Assembly (NCBI GenBank): GCA_046754105.1 | Contig: JBHHVD010000042.1 | Location: 1 to 26,493 of the forward strand | DNA: 26,493 nucleotides | Direction: 5' to 3' | From: Candidatus Krumholzibacteriia bacterium | GTDB lineage: Bacteria > Krumholzibacteriota > Krumholzibacteriia > WVZY01 | Shown here: piece after piece, positions 16,452 through 26,377 of the stretch | Layout: the number at the start of each line of letters is the position of its first letter | How positions within the stretch are numbered: position 1 is the stretch's first letter | Made by a program: the position numbers and the translations under genes | Notes under the pieces: generated by a model | Seen by the model: only the letters and a program-made list of their open reading frames with translations | Database searches by the model: none | What the model was told of the DNA's origin: nothing

Positions 16452-18287
16452 CTAGAGGACGCCGTCGATGATCTTGAGCACGGAGTCGTAGCGGCCGAAC
16501 GGGGGCATGATATAGGCGCCCTGGACGCGGGGCAGCTGCTTGCAGTCGAGCAGCGCGCGGCGGGCGATTTCGATCCCGACGGCGCGTGCCTTCTGGCCTG
16601 CCGGCGCCTTGCGCATGCGTTCGCGGATACCTTTCGGTATCTGCATACCCGGCACCTCGTTATGGAGGAACTCGGCGTTCTTGTAGCTGGCCAGGGGGAG
16701 CAGGCCGACGAGGACCGGTATGTCCGCATCCCGGGCCAGGTCGAGGAAGTCCTCTAGCAGCCTGGCTTCGTACACCGGCTGGGTCAGGACGAATTCGGCC
16801 CCGGCTTCCACCTTCTGGTAGAAGCGCCGGACCTCGGTCTCGAGGTCCATCGCCCCCGGGTTGGCGCCCACGCCGATCGCAAAGCCGGTGACGGCGCCCA
16901 GCGGGTTGTCGGCCAGATCCAGCCCCTGATTGAGGTTCTTGACGATTCGCACGAGACCGATGGAATCGACGTCGAAAACCGCCGTGGCGCTGGGGTAATC
17001 GCCGAGCTTCGGGGGGTCCCCGGTGATGATGAGGATATTACGCAGGTCGATGGCGTTGGCCCCGATCAGGTCGGCCTGCATCCCGAGGAGATTACGATCC
17101 CGGCAGCAGTAATGAAGCAGGGTCTCGATGCCCACCTCGCGCTGCATGAGCGTCGCGAGTGTCATGGGGCTCATACGCGCGCTCGCCCGAGGGCCATCGG
17201 CGATGTTGATGACGTGGACGCCGTGCTCCTTCATGATGCGCGCACCCTCCAGTGACCGCGTCGGGTCGAGCCCCTTGGGTGGGTCGATTTCCACGCTGAC
17301 GACGAATTCGCGTCCGAGTGCACGGGAAAAAGCGCTGCGCTCGGCAAAAGGAACCTCTGGCAACGCCTCGCGTTCGACCTCGGGGCGGGCGTGGGACGTT
17401 ACGTCCGAGTGGACCGGCCGCAGGGCTCGTATCGCGGATGCCATGCACTGGATGTGATCGGGCGTGGTACCGCAACATCCGCCAATCAGGGACACGCCGG
17501 CTGCGATGAGCCGCTTTGCGTACTCGGCCATGTACTCCGGAGAGGTGAGGTATATGTAACGGCCCTCTACGAGACGCGGGGCCCCGGCGTTGGGCAGCGC
17601 GCTGAGGTTGCGGTCGGTCAAGGTGCGGAGCTTCTCGACCATTTCCAGCATGGGCTGAGGGCCGATCGTGCAGTTGCAACCGATGGCCGCCAGGTCATAC
17701 GCGGAGAGCGCCTCCACGACGTGCTCCGGCGTGTCACCCATGAGCGTGAGCCCCTCTTCAGAGAAGGTCACCTGGGCGACGATGGGCAGGGAACTCACCG
17801 ATCGTACCGACTCGATCGCGATCCTCATCTCCTCGACGCTGGGAACGGTCTCGATCATGAACAGATCGACGTCGGCGGCCAGCGCTTCGGCCTGCTCGCG
17901 AAACGCATCACGCGCCTCCTCCTTGCTGACCTGTCCCAACGGGCGCAGGGGTTTGCCCAGGGGGCCGATCGAACCGGCCACGTACACGTCGTCGCCCGCG
18001 GACTCTCTTGCCAGCCGCGCCCCGGCCTGGTTGATCTTTGCGATGCGGTCCTCGACCCCGAAGGCGCCTAGCTTGTAGCGGTTGGCGCCGAACGTGTTCG
18101 TCTCTATCAGCTCGGCACCGGCTTGCACGTACGCTTCGTGAATCTCCCGGACGAGACCCGGACGGGTGAGGTTGAGCTCGTCAAAACACGTGTTTATGAA
18201 CACGCCGCGCGAGTACACCATCGTACCCATCGCGCCGTCTGCGAGAATGATGCGCTCCTTCAATTGTTGTGCGAAGTCTCTTGCCAT
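16452..18287 (-). CDS. yitJ: Bifunctional homocysteine S-methyltransferase / 5,10-methylenetetrahydrofolate reductase
   Basis: HMT domain (DGAMGT, TNTFGAN, GSIGP, GCNC, PNAG, GGCCGT) fused to an MTHFR domain (VEIDPP, NIADGP, CRDRN, ITGDP, VFDVDS, TQPVY, EFLHNEVPG). ATG 18287 after AAGGA. Confidence 0.93.
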   Translation of the reverse strand: MARDFAQQLKERIILADGAMGTMVYSRGVFINTCFDELNLTRPGLVREIHEAYVQAGAELIETNTFGANRYKLGAFGVEDRIAKINQAGARLARESAGDDVYVAGSIGPLGKPLRPLGQVSKEEARDAFREQAEALAADVDLFMIETVPSVEEMRIAIESVRSVSSLPIVAQVTFSEEGLTLMGDTPEHVVEALSAYDLAAIGCNCTIGPQPMLEMVEKLRTLTDRNLSALPNAGAPRLVEGRYIYLTSPEYMAEYAKRLIAAGVSLIGGCCGTTPDHIQCMASAIRALRPVHSDVTSHARPEVEREALPEVPFAERSAFSRALGREFVVSVEIDPPKGLDPTRSLEGARIMKEHGVHVINIADGPRASARMSPMTLATLMQREVGIETLLHYCCRDRNLLGMQADLIGANAIDLRNILIITGDPPKLGDYPSATAVFDVDSIGLVRIVKNLNQGLDLADNPLGAVTGFAIGVGANPGAMDLETEVRRFYQKVEAGAEFVLTQPVYEARLLEDFLDLARDADIPVLVGLLPLASYKNAEFLHNEVPGMQIPKGIRERMRKAPAGQKARAVGIEIARRALLDCKQLPRVQGAYIMPPFGRYDSVLKIIDGVL

Positions 18288-18438
18288 GGGTCCTTGCCGG
18301 TAGGATGAGGTTCCTATCATATCGCAAATCCGCGTGCGGGGGAAGGGTCTTCCCACACGAGAGAATTTCATGGTGTTCGGTTCGGCGATACTCTATACTT
18401 GACTCGTACCTCATCTGCCTCCCCTAGACGGTATACCC

Positions 18439-20526
18439 ATGAAGAACATTCTATCCATCATCATTCTCGTTGTGCTCATCGTGGCTGAGTGCGCGTCCCC
18501 CGGCGCGGCGCAGGAAGAGCCGACTGGGAAACTCCACGAATTGCTGGGCAAACGGGAACTGGAGCGGCGGTTGAGGGTCGGTGAACGCTACCGGCTCGAA
18601 TCGTTCCGGAAAGCTGCTACGGACCAGACCACATTCGACGCGCTCCATTACGACCTTACGCTTACGGTCGACCCGGCGGCGCGCACCATCGCCGGTACGG
18701 TGACGGCGACGGTCTCAGCGCTGACCCCCGCACTGTCGGTCATCGACCTGGATTTTTACGACAACATGTCGGTGGCGGGGGTTCGGGAGAACGGGGCGAG
18801 TGCGCCTTTCGTGCACGCGAACGACATACTCACTGTCACACTCGCCGGCAGCTATAACGTCGGCGACAGTGTCGAGGTGGCGATCGATTACTCGGGCCAG
18901 CCTACGGGGTCGAACTCGACGCTGGGTGGCATCGCGGCGTTCACTTTTGGCGCGGGCTTCCCGCTCAACCCGGTCACGATGCAGAGGGACACGGTTCCCG
19001 TCATCTACACGATCAGCGAGCCGTTTTTTGCGCGCACGTGGTGGCCGTGCAAGGACGTGCCCGGCGACAAGGCGACGGCCAGCCTGTCGATTACCGTACC
19101 CGATACGCTGGTCGTGGCCTCGAACGGCATACTGCTAGGCGAGGTCGATCTGGGTAACGGGTGGAAACGCTTCGATTGGGAAGAAAGCTACCCTATCACG
19201 ACGTACCTCGTGTCGCTGGCAATATCGAACTACGCCGTTTTCAGCGACTACTACCACTACTCCCCCGTTGATTCGATGGAGATCCAGTATTTCGTTTACC
19301 CCCAGGACCTCGCGGACGCGAGAATCGATTTCAATGTCACGGTGCCGATGACCGAGTTCTTTTCCGACAGTTTCGGGCAGTACCCGTTCGTCCGTGAAAA
19401 GTACGCGATGGCGGAAGTCCCGTTCGGAGGCGCGCTCGAGCACCAGACGTGCACCAGTTACTCGAGCTTCTTTATCCGTGGTGACAGCATCCGGCGCCCG
19501 TTCGATTGGGTCGTCGCGCACGAGCTGGCGCACCAGTGGTGGGGAGACTTGATTTCGCCGGCCGATTGGCCGGAGGTGTGGCTCAACGAGGGTTTTGCGA
19601 CCTACAGTGAGGCGTTGTGGTTCGAACATAGCGGCGGGTTTCCGGCCTACCGCGCCCACATGTCGTTGCTGCGTTTTCCGGATGACACCTCGCCCACGGG
19701 GTTTCTGCCGTTTACCGGCACCCTTCACAACCCCTCGGTACTGTTCGACGTTCCCAACGTATACTGGCGTGGCGCTTGGGTGCTCAACATGCTGAGGCAC
19801 GTCATGGGCGACGGCGCGTTTTTCAAGGCGCTGCGCGCGTACGCCGCCGACGCGCGCTTCGCGTACGGCAACGCGACGACGCGCAACTTCCAGGAGGTTT
19901 GTGAGGCGGCGCTGCCGGCAACGTCGCAGGTGCCGGGCCGCCGGCTGGACTGGTTCTTCGACCAGTTCGTCTTCGGCTGGAGCGAGCCGTGGTACGAGTA
20001 CTCGTGGGTCCAGAGCCCCGACCCCGCGGGGACGCGAGTGAAGGTGAGGATCCGGCAGATCCAGGAGAGCGGCGTGGTGACGATGCCGATCGATATCCGC
20101 GTGTCGGCGCCGTCGGGAGACTCGACGATCGTGGTGTGGAACGGAGGGCGCACGGAAACTCATACGTTCGTCCTGCCGGAAGCGGTGCAGGCGGTGTCGC
20201 TCGACCCAGACGAATGGATCTTGCGCACCGTGTCCGAGACCCCGATCACCCCGGTGCCGAATATCAACCTGTACCCGAATCCCTTCAACGCCACGGTCAC
20301 GATCTCCTTCGAAACGGTGACCCCCGGTGCTTTCGAGATCGTGATCTACGACGTCACCGGCGCGAAGATCAGGGAACTTGACAGGGGGGCCGTTCCCGTT
20401 GGATTCTACAGTGTGGTATGGGACGGCAGGAACGGCGCGGGTCAGGAGGTATCCTCCGGGGTCTATTTTGTCCGCCTTCGCACCCCGCAAGGCGAGTCAT
20501 TGCGACGCGCGGTGTTCCTGAAATAA
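18439..20526 (+). CDS. Secreted M1-family aminopeptidase with FlgD-Ig/T9SS-like C-terminal domain
   Basis: Signal peptide. AR.WWPC.D.P.DKAT, GALEH (GAMEN-like), HELAHQWWG...WLNEGFATY and Y..GA.VL.MLR. C-terminus YPNPFN...IYDVTG...WDG.N..G..VSSGVYF. Confidence 0.92.
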   Translation: MKNILSIIILVVLIVAECASPGAAQEEPTGKLHELLGKRELERRLRVGERYRLESFRKAATDQTTFDALHYDLTLTVDPAARTIAGTVTATVSALTPALSVIDLDFYDNMSVAGVRENGASAPFVHANDILTVTLAGSYNVGDSVEVAIDYSGQPTGSNSTLGGIAAFTFGAGFPLNPVTMQRDTVPVIYTISEPFFARTWWPCKDVPGDKATASLSITVPDTLVVASNGILLGEVDLGNGWKRFDWEESYPITTYLVSLAISNYAVFSDYYHYSPVDSMEIQYFVYPQDLADARIDFNVTVPMTEFFSDSFGQYPFVREKYAMAEVPFGGALEHQTCTSYSSFFIRGDSIRRPFDWVVAHELAHQWWGDLISPADWPEVWLNEGFATYSEALWFEHSGGFPAYRAHMSLLRFPDDTSPTGFLPFTGTLHNPSVLFDVPNVYWRGAWVLNMLRHVMGDGAFFKALRAYAADARFAYGNATTRNFQEVCEAALPATSQVPGRRLDWFFDQFVFGWSEPWYEYSWVQSPDPAGTRVKVRIRQIQESGVVTMPIDIRVSAPSGDSTIVVWNGGRTETHTFVLPEAVQAVSLDPDEWILRTVSETPITPVPNINLYPNPFNATVTISFETVTPGAFEIVIYDVTGAKIRELDRGAVPVGFYSVVWDGRNGAGQEVSSGVYFVRLRTPQGESLRRAVFLK

Positions 20527-20565
20527 CGGCGACACTCGGGATTCAGGCAAGAAAAGGTGAGGTCA

Positions 20566-21276
20566 ATGCGATTGTGGAGATTTGTACTGGTCTGTCTGGT
20601 TGTGATAGTCCCGACGCTCGGCCGGGGTGAGATCATGGTCCTCAAGGACGGATCGAGCTTCAAGGGCAGGTTGATCAAGTTCGTCAACGACACGCTCTAC
20701 TTCCAGACATCGTTTGGTGCCGAGTTGCGCGTCGGTCGTGACACCGTCGCGCGTATCGAATTCGGCGACTCCATGATGACTTTGCAACGAGCGATGACGG
20801 GAAGCGCACCCCCAGGGGCAAATCTGACGGCGAGTGCGCCGGGCACGCTTCTGGTTGCGTTCGACCGCGTCAAGGTGTCGAGCACCATCAGTGTCCGAAG
20901 GGACAAGGACAGGAAGGGTCACGAGAGGGAAAACGCCATTTCCGCCATCCTCATCGTCGATGGCCGTACGGTGTATACGGCGGTTGACTCGACGAGCGAC
21001 AAGATCATAAAGAACGGCGACGAGGTTCTGGTGCGAAACCGGATGAAGCCGGAAGCCATAAAGGTAGGATTGTCCGCCGGGCTGCACGAAATAACGATTA
21101 TCCTCGCAAATCGCCGGGCCGGCAAGTACAGAGAACGCCTGGAGAACGGCGGCCTCGACAAGAGGGTCAGGCGGGACAACGTCCTGATTATCGCCGGAGA
21201 AACGCGTCGCCTTACCGTCGGCCTCAGGCGCAAGACCCTCGGGCTGCGTGGCTCGGAACTCTATGTCGGGCCCTAG
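20566..21276 (+). CDS. Secreted hypothetical protein
   Basis: SD AGGTGAGG before ATG 20566. Signal peptide. N-terminal motif LKDGS...G.......T.FG.......V.RI.F resembling a small beta-barrel. Confidence 0.7.
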   Translation: MRLWRFVLVCLVVIVPTLGRGEIMVLKDGSSFKGRLIKFVNDTLYFQTSFGAELRVGRDTVARIEFGDSMMTLQRAMTGSAPPGANLTASAPGTLLVAFDRVKVSSTISVRRDKDRKGHERENAISAILIVDGRTVYTAVDSTSDKIIKNGDEVLVRNRMKPEAIKVGLSAGLHEITIILANRRAGKYRERLENGGLDKRVRRDNVLIIAGETRRLTVGLRRKTLGLRGSELYVGP

Positions 21277-21300
21277 GGAGTGCGGCGCGGGCGCCGAGGA

Positions 21301-21513
21301 CTACCGGGCCCGCCGCCAGTGCCCCGGAACCCACGCGTAGCCCCTTTTGCGGTTGGTCCACTTCCAGTGGCCGGGCACCCAGACCGCGTGCTTGTGCGGC
21401 CGGGCGGTTCTGACGTCGACACGCGGTGGTGGTGGCGCCGGGCGGACGTACATCGCGCAGCCGGTGCCGGCGAACGACAACAGCACAACTCCCAACAGAA
21501 TTCTCTTGAACAT
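21301..21513 (-). CDS. YXWGXW-repeat small lipoprotein
   Basis: SD GGAGGTGA. Lipobox GTGC, Pro-rich segment and two WVPGHW repeats. Confidence 0.85.
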   Translation of the reverse strand: MFKRILLGVVLLSFAGTGCAMYVRPAPPPPRVDVRTARPHKHAVWVPGHWKWTNRKRGYAWVPGHWRRAR

Positions 21514-21613
21514 GTGTCATCACCTCCGGCGGAAAGGCGGAGCAACGGGCGTGCCATCGCTCGGGGCGCCGGGGAGGGGGGCCGCCAGCGTTGTGGGCCT
21601 GGAGGGGGGTGGG

Positions 21614-22750
21614 TCATCGGTTCCTAATGTCTTGCAATGACTTAAGGATGTCCGCCTTGAGCTCGGCGTCGTCCCTGAGCAGTACCAGCGCTTTGTGTAG
21701 CAGTTCCTGGCCGTGCTCGAGATCGTTCATTTCGAGATGAAGCCGTCCCAAATGGTACAGGATCAGCGGGTCGTCCGGGCTGCGGCGCAGCGCGTGCTCG
21801 AGGGACTGCCTGGCTTCATCATGGCGGCCGATCGCGGCGAAGAGGTCTCCCATCTTCATGTACGCTTCGGGATAGTCTTCTCGCTGCTGTACCGCCGTGC
21901 GGTAGCTGGCGAGCGCCGCCGCGAAGTCTTTCTGCTGAAAATAAACGTCGCCGAGTGCCTTGTACGCCCGGGGAAAATTCGGCTGGCTCTCCACCGCCAG
22001 TTTCAAAAGTTTTTCCGCCTGCGAATAACGCTCCGTCTCGAAATAGCAAAGACCCAGGCCGAGAATAGCTTCGCGGTTGTCCGGGTCCCCATTGTAAACG
22101 CGCTCGTATTCTTCAATGGCCGGTTCGTACATCGACCGCTTATAAAACGAATGCGCCAGACCCAGGCGCGCATCGATGGAGGAGGGGTTGTTTTTCAGCG
22201 CGCGGTAGAGGTACACCGACGCCTGGTGAAACTTGTCCATCCTTGCGTACAGAAGGCCCAGGTACACGTACGCGGGGTTGTAACTGGGCTTGACCGTCAT
22301 CGCATGCACGAGAAGCTCCTCCGCGCGTTCGTAGTCGCCGGCCTCGAGCAGCATCTTGCCGTATGAGGTCAACGCCTCGAAGAATCGATCCCTGAGACTG
22401 ATTGCAAGGTCATATTCGCGAGCGGCGGCTTGAAAGGCGCCCATGGCGGCGTAGGTCTCCGCTATGTTGTAGTGCAACGTCGGATCTCCGGGGTAGTCGT
22501 CGAGCGCGATCTTGAACGCCGCCATCGCGGCGTCGTAATCTCCCGCCGTGTAGTAGGCGACGCCCAGGTTCACTTGCACATCGGGATCGTGCTTGCGAAT
22601 CGCCAGGGATTTCCGGAAATACTCGATCGCCGTCTCGTGGTCGCCGTCCTCGATCGCGTCGAGGCCGCGATTGTAGTACAAGAGCGCCATGTCCTGACAG
22701 GAGGACAGGAGAAGCGCCAGGAGCACGATAAGCCCGCAGGTGAGTTTCAT
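21614..22750 (-). CDS. Tetratricopeptide-repeat lipoprotein
   Basis: Lipobox LSSC and about 10 tandem TPRs (NLG.AY...G.Y..A...F..AL...P). Alternative GTG start at 22753. Confidence 0.9.
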   Translation of the reverse strand: MKLTCGLIVLLALLLSSCQDMALLYYNRGLDAIEDGDHETAIEYFRKSLAIRKHDPDVQVNLGVAYYTAGDYDAAMAAFKIALDDYPGDPTLHYNIAETYAAMGAFQAAAREYDLAISLRDRFFEALTSYGKMLLEAGDYERAEELLVHAMTVKPSYNPAYVYLGLLYARMDKFHQASVYLYRALKNNPSSIDARLGLAHSFYKRSMYEPAIEEYERVYNGDPDNREAILGLGLCYFETERYSQAEKLLKLAVESQPNFPRAYKALGDVYFQQKDFAAALASYRTAVQQREDYPEAYMKMGDLFAAIGRHDEARQSLEHALRRSPDDPLILYHLGRLHLEMNDLEHGQELLHKALVLLRDDAELKADILKSLQDIRNR

Positions 22751-22788
22751 CACTGCAGGCTATTAAAAACACCGGGAGTCTTCAAGCA

Positions 22789-23235
22789 CTATTCCGAACC
22801 GGGGGTGGTTCCCGCGTGGACTTTCTTTGCGCGGTCGGGTCCCTTTAGTTTGATGCGTTTGGTCGCGGCTCGCACTACATAGACCTTGATGTTGTTGGAG
22901 TCCGGGTCGCCGGGGACCATGAAGAACCCGGCGCCCGCTTCGGAGTACGAATCGGCGTATCCGAAGAGCACCTCCCCGTCGACAAACTCCACGAGGACCT
23001 TGCGACCCCCGCCGGATTCGTCAAAGAACCCCTTGCGTTCCCGATATTCCGGGCGGCCCTTGAATTCCTTCACGAAGAAAAGCGCCTTGAGGTCTCCTAC
23101 CTTGACTTTGCGGGCGCCGCCCTCCGTCGTGACGGTGAACTCGGACTTTGTCGAAGAAAAGTCCGTGGTGGTGCCTTTTAGCAGTACGCCGTCGCGGCAG
23201 TGCGCGATGACCTTTTGTTTAGCAGGACGCGGCAT
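22789..23235 (-). CDS. Conserved hypothetical protein (DUF6982-like)
   Basis: Two similar halves, KV.....DG..LKG...DF and KV.VEF.DGE...G....Y, with LKALFFVK.F.G and GFF..P.DP.SNN. The family name is from memory and unverified. Confidence 0.7.
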   Translation of the reverse strand: MPRPAKQKVIAHCRDGVLLKGTTTDFSSTKSEFTVTTEGGARKVKVGDLKALFFVKEFKGRPEYRERKGFFDESGGGRKVLVEFVDGEVLFGYADSYSEAGAGFFMVPGDPDSNNIKVYVVRAATKRIKLKGPDRAKKVHAGTTPGSE

Positions 23236-23276
23236 AGCACCCGCGCGGGATGCAACTATCGTACCAAAGGACGTTA

Positions 23277-24047
23277 TCAGCCCGGCCGGGAAGCGGACGC
23301 GTTCTTGAGCGCCTTGGTGAGGGGCTCGACCAGGTCGATCGGGACGGGGAATATCACGGTCGAGTTCTTCTCGGCGGCCACTTCCGTCAGAGTCTGCAGG
23401 AAGCGCAGCTGGATGGTGACGGGGTTCTGGCTGATGATTGAGGCCGCCTCGAACAGCTTGCCCGCCGCCTGTTGTTCGCCGGCGGCGTGGATGACCTTCG
23501 CGCGGCGCTCCCTCTCCGCTTCCGCCTGCTTGGCGATGGCTCTTTGCATTTCCACCGGCAAGTCGACGTGCTTAATCTCGACGAGCGTCACCTTAATACC
23601 CCAGGAATCCGTCTGCTCGTCGATGATGCGCTGTAACTGCTGGTTGATCGACTCGCGTTCGGCGAGTAGCTGGTCGAGTTCAACCTGCCCGAGCACCGAG
23701 CGAAGCGTCGTCTGGGCGAGCTGCGTCGTGGCATAGAGAAAATCCTCCACTTCGACGACCGCGCGGTCGGCCGCCATGACCCGGAAGTAGACCACCGCGT
23801 TGACTTTTACTGATACGTTGTCCTTTGTGATGACGTCCTGCGGCGCGACGTCCATCGCCACGACGCGCAGGCTGACACGGACCATGCGGTCTATGATCGG
23901 GATCAGGATAACCAGGCCGGGCCCCTTGACCCCGGCGAGCCGGCCGAGACGGAACACGACGCCTCGTTCGTATTCCCTCAAGATACGTACGGCGCTGGCG
24001 AGGATCATGATGCCGATAAAAACGATGGACAGGATGGGAATACCCAT
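23277..24047 (-). CDS. SPFH/band-7 stomatin-like (slipin) protein
   Basis: [52 protein letters not shown] and [15 protein letters not shown]. Confidence 0.95.
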   Translation of the reverse strand: MGIPILSIVFIGIMILASAVRILREYERGVVFRLGRLAGVKGPGLVILIPIIDRMVRVSLRVVAMDVAPQDVITKDNVSVKVNAVVYFRVMAADRAVVEVEDFLYATTQLAQTTLRSVLGQVELDQLLAERESINQQLQRIIDEQTDSWGIKVTLVEIKHVDLPVEMQRAIAKQAEAERERRAKVIHAAGEQQAAGKLFEAASIISQNPVTIQLRFLQTLTEVAAEKNSTVIFPVPIDLVEPLTKALKNASASRPG

Positions 24048-24059
24048 TCGGGAGACCTC

Positions 24060-25406
24060 CTATTTTGTGACCCGCTTGACCTTTACCCTCAGACCGGCGA
24101 CGGAGATGATTTCGACGCTGGCACCCCGGGGGATCGGTTCGTCGCTGAAGGCGTTCCAGTGTTCCCCGTGCACGAACACCGTACCGCTATCGCCGATGTC
24201 CGTCCGGGCGCGGCCGATCTCACCCTTCATACCCGCGTTTCCCGTCGCTACCTTTCTGCGTTGAGCCTTCAACCCCAAACCGACCGCGAACAAAAAGAAC
24301 GCGGCCGTAAAAATGACGGCGGGGATGATCACCGATAACGAAACGCGCATGAACGGCAGCGGGGAATCGATGAACATAAGAGACCCGATCAACATCGACA
24401 CGACACCCCCTACGGTTAGCATCCCCGCAGATGGAATCTTTATTTCCAGAACGAAAAGAACCACAGCCAGCAGAATCAAGGCGACTCCGGCGTAATTGAC
24501 CGGCAGCAGCTGCAAGGCGTAAAACGCCAGCAAGATCGAGATCGCGCCGATTACGCCGGGGACAATGGCTCCGGGATTCTGCAGCTCGAAGAAGATCCCG
24601 AAGATCCCGAGAAGCATGAGAAGGTAGGCGATATTGGGATCCGATATGCGTGCGAGAATGCGCTCTCGAAGCGAGGACGTCATTGTTACTACCTCCGCAG
24701 CCGCGGTCGCCAACACTATTTTGCGATCACCGACCGAGAACTCGCGGCCGTCGAGCTGCGCGAGCAGGTCGTCGACGTCATCGGCGATTATATCGATGAC
24801 GCCAAGCGCCAGCGCCTCTTCCGCGGTTGACGAAATGCTCTCCCGCACGATCTTTTCCGCCCATTCCACATCGCGCCCGCGCTCGTCGGCGAGGCCCCTG
24901 GCGAACGCGGCTGCATCGTTCGTGATTTTGGCCGCCATCTCCTCGTCCATCTTGCCCTGACCGATAGCGACGGGGTGGGCGGCACCGATATTGGTGCCCG
25001 GCGACATTGCCACGGCGTGCGCGGCGAGGCTGATAATAGCGCCGGCGCTGGCAGCCCGTGCCCCTCCCGGGTGGACGTAGACCACGACCGGTACGCGGCT
25101 GGCGAGGATGTTCTTGATGATGGCTCGCATCGACACGTCCAGGCCTCCGGGAGTGTCCAGAGTAAAAATGACGCACTGGGGGTCGAGCGGGGTCGCCGAG
25201 GCGAGGACGCGGTGGACGTAACCGTCGGTCACCGGCCCGATGGCACCCTCGATCGAGCCCACGACGACCCTGGGTCGCGCTGGTGGGGCCGGTTCTTCGC
25301 CCTGCAGGCGCCCGAGGGCGTCTTGCGCGGTGCCTGCGCACAGAACGCACAACAGCACCGGGATGGCGGCCCAATCGCGGTAACCGGACGGAATTCTCAC
25401 AAACAT
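24060..25406 (-). CDS. nfeD: NfeD-family membrane-bound serine protease (long form: ClpP-like domain, transmembrane segments, OB fold)
   Basis: LDTPGG, AASAG, PGTNIGAAHPV, K..ND and GTVFVHGEHW. Lies directly upstream of slipin, as is canonical. Start uncertain (25406 or 25400). Confidence 0.92.
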   Translation of the reverse strand: MFVRIPSGYRDWAAIPVLLCVLCAGTAQDALGRLQGEEPAPPARPRVVVGSIEGAIGPVTDGYVHRVLASATPLDPQCVIFTLDTPGGLDVSMRAIIKNILASRVPVVVYVHPGGARAASAGAIISLAAHAVAMSPGTNIGAAHPVAIGQGKMDEEMAAKITNDAAAFARGLADERGRDVEWAEKIVRESISSTAEEALALGVIDIIADDVDDLLAQLDGREFSVGDRKIVLATAAAEVVTMTSSLRERILARISDPNIAYLLMLLGIFGIFFELQNPGAIVPGVIGAISILLAFYALQLLPVNYAGVALILLAVVLFVLEIKIPSAGMLTVGGVVSMLIGSLMFIDSPLPFMRVSLSVIIPAVIFTAAFFLFAVGLGLKAQRRKVATGNAGMKGEIGRARTDIGDSGTVFVHGEHWNAFSDEPIPRGASVEIISVAGLRVKVKRVTK

Positions 25407-25571
25407 TCGTGTCGCCGGCGAGAGAAGGGTGAAAAACGGAACGGCAAGTCGAAAGTGTTTTACGGGGTTAATGTTACTCGATTCGACGGGCAAAGCAACG
25501 ACTTTCTCCGGGAATTGCGGGGGCGTGAAAGCGGGCATTTCTTGCCCGCGCGGGGTCGATTGGCCCGGGCT

Positions 25572-25600
25572 TTGCAATTTGCTTCGACGTGCGGTATATT
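25572..25600 (+). promoter_or_regulatory. Putative sigma70 promoter for the HNH gene
   Basis: TTGCAA (25572-25577), 17 bp spacer, TATATT (25595-25600). Confidence 0.6.
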
Positions 25601-25649
25601 GCTGGTGAGGTAATAACGGACTACGGCCCCTTGGCAAGGAGTACAAGAG

Positions 25650-26177
25650 TTCTCACAGGTACTGCTTTTAAACGCGTCGTTCGAGCCGCTGAACGTAATC
25701 AACTGGAAGCGTGCGCTTAAGCTGGTCTTTCTCGAGAAGGTGGAAGTGCTCGAGGAGACCGACCGCGAGGTGCGCTCGGAAACACAGGCGCTGCGCGTCC
25801 CCGCAGTCGTGCGCCTGCTACGCTTCGTCGGCTTTCGCCGCCGCGAAATCAAATTTTCCCGCCAGAACATCTATGCCCGTGACAGGCACTGCTGTCAGTA
25901 CTGCGGCGAGAAGCTCAGCCCGAAATCGCTCACGTGTGATCACGTCATCCCGCGCTCCCGCGGCGGGGGGACCGTGTGGACGAATATCGTTACGTGCTGC
26001 AAGCCGTGCAACCGCAAGAAAGGCGGCCGCACGCCCGAGGAGGCGGGCCTGAAGCTATCGAGGAAGCCGATGCGGCCCAGCTGGTTGTTCGGGTTTCGCG
26101 CCCGTTTCACGGTCCGCCAGCCGCCGGTGTCCTGGCGTGAGTATTTGTTCTGGAGCCACGACACGAGTCGCAGCTGA
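25650..26177 (+). CDS. HNH endonuclease (VLLLNASFEP / McrA-like Zn-finger type); start codon unclear
   Basis: FSRQNIYARD..CQYCG, LT.DHVIPRSRGG...W.NIVTCC.PCN.KKG.RTP.EA. The conserved N-terminus SQVLLLNASFEPL.V..WKRA lies in frame upstream of the first canonical start (GTG 25740). Confidence 0.88.
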   Translation, partial: FSQVLLLNASFEPLNVINWKRALKLVFLEKVEVLEETDREVRSETQALRVPAVVRLLRFVGFRRREIKFSRQNIYARDRHCCQYCGEKLSPKSLTCDHVIPRSRGGGTVWTNIVTCCKPCNRKKGGRTPEEAGLKLSRKPMRPSWLFGFRARFTVRQPPVSWREYLFWSHDTSRS

Positions 26178-26198
26178 TCCGGGCAAGGGCGAAAAAAC

Positions 26199-26286
26199 TG
26201 GTGCCGGAGGTCGGACTCGAACCGACACGGAGCCAGGCTCCGGGGGATTTTGAGTCCCCTGCGTCTACCAATTTCACCACTCCGGC
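26199..26286 (-). tRNA. tRNA-Leu (CAA)
   Basis: Minus strand reads GCCGGAGTGGTGAAATTGGTAGACGCAGGGGACTCAAAATCCCC...GGTTCGAGTCC...CTCCGGCACCA. Anticodon CAA, long variable arm, encoded CCA. Confidence 0.97.
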
Positions 26287-26314
26287 ATCGCAGACCATTG
26301 TATGGAGAGCAGTC

Positions 26315-26344
26315 ATGTTAGGCGCCCATGACGCCTGATGTCAA
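26315..26344 (-). promoter_or_regulatory. Putative promoter for tRNA-Leu
   Basis: Minus strand: TTGACA, 18 bp spacer, TAACAT. Confidence 0.55.
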
Positions 26345-26377
26345 GGTTCATCGCCTTTTTCGGGATTTCTTTTGCCC

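Noticed and set aside
18288..18438. SAM (S-box) riboswitch upstream of yitJ
   Set aside because: SAM-I consensus elements (AUC.AGAG, GGCAACC, GGUGC.AA) are not visible in the 151-bp divergent intergenic region.
19135..20490. 451-aa minus-strand ORF (similarly 5248-6372 and 2188-3207)
   Set aside because: Antisense shadows of well-supported genes.
23277..25406. NfeD-slipin pair as a novel system
   Set aside because: This is a well-described conserved operon.
25650..26286. HNH gene next to the tRNA-Leu 3' end as an integrated mobile element
   Set aside because: No integrase and no convincing att duplication. The only match I noticed is a 10-mer TGGTGCCGGA at 5261-5270 inside the M64 gene. 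This HNH type is commonly chromosomal.
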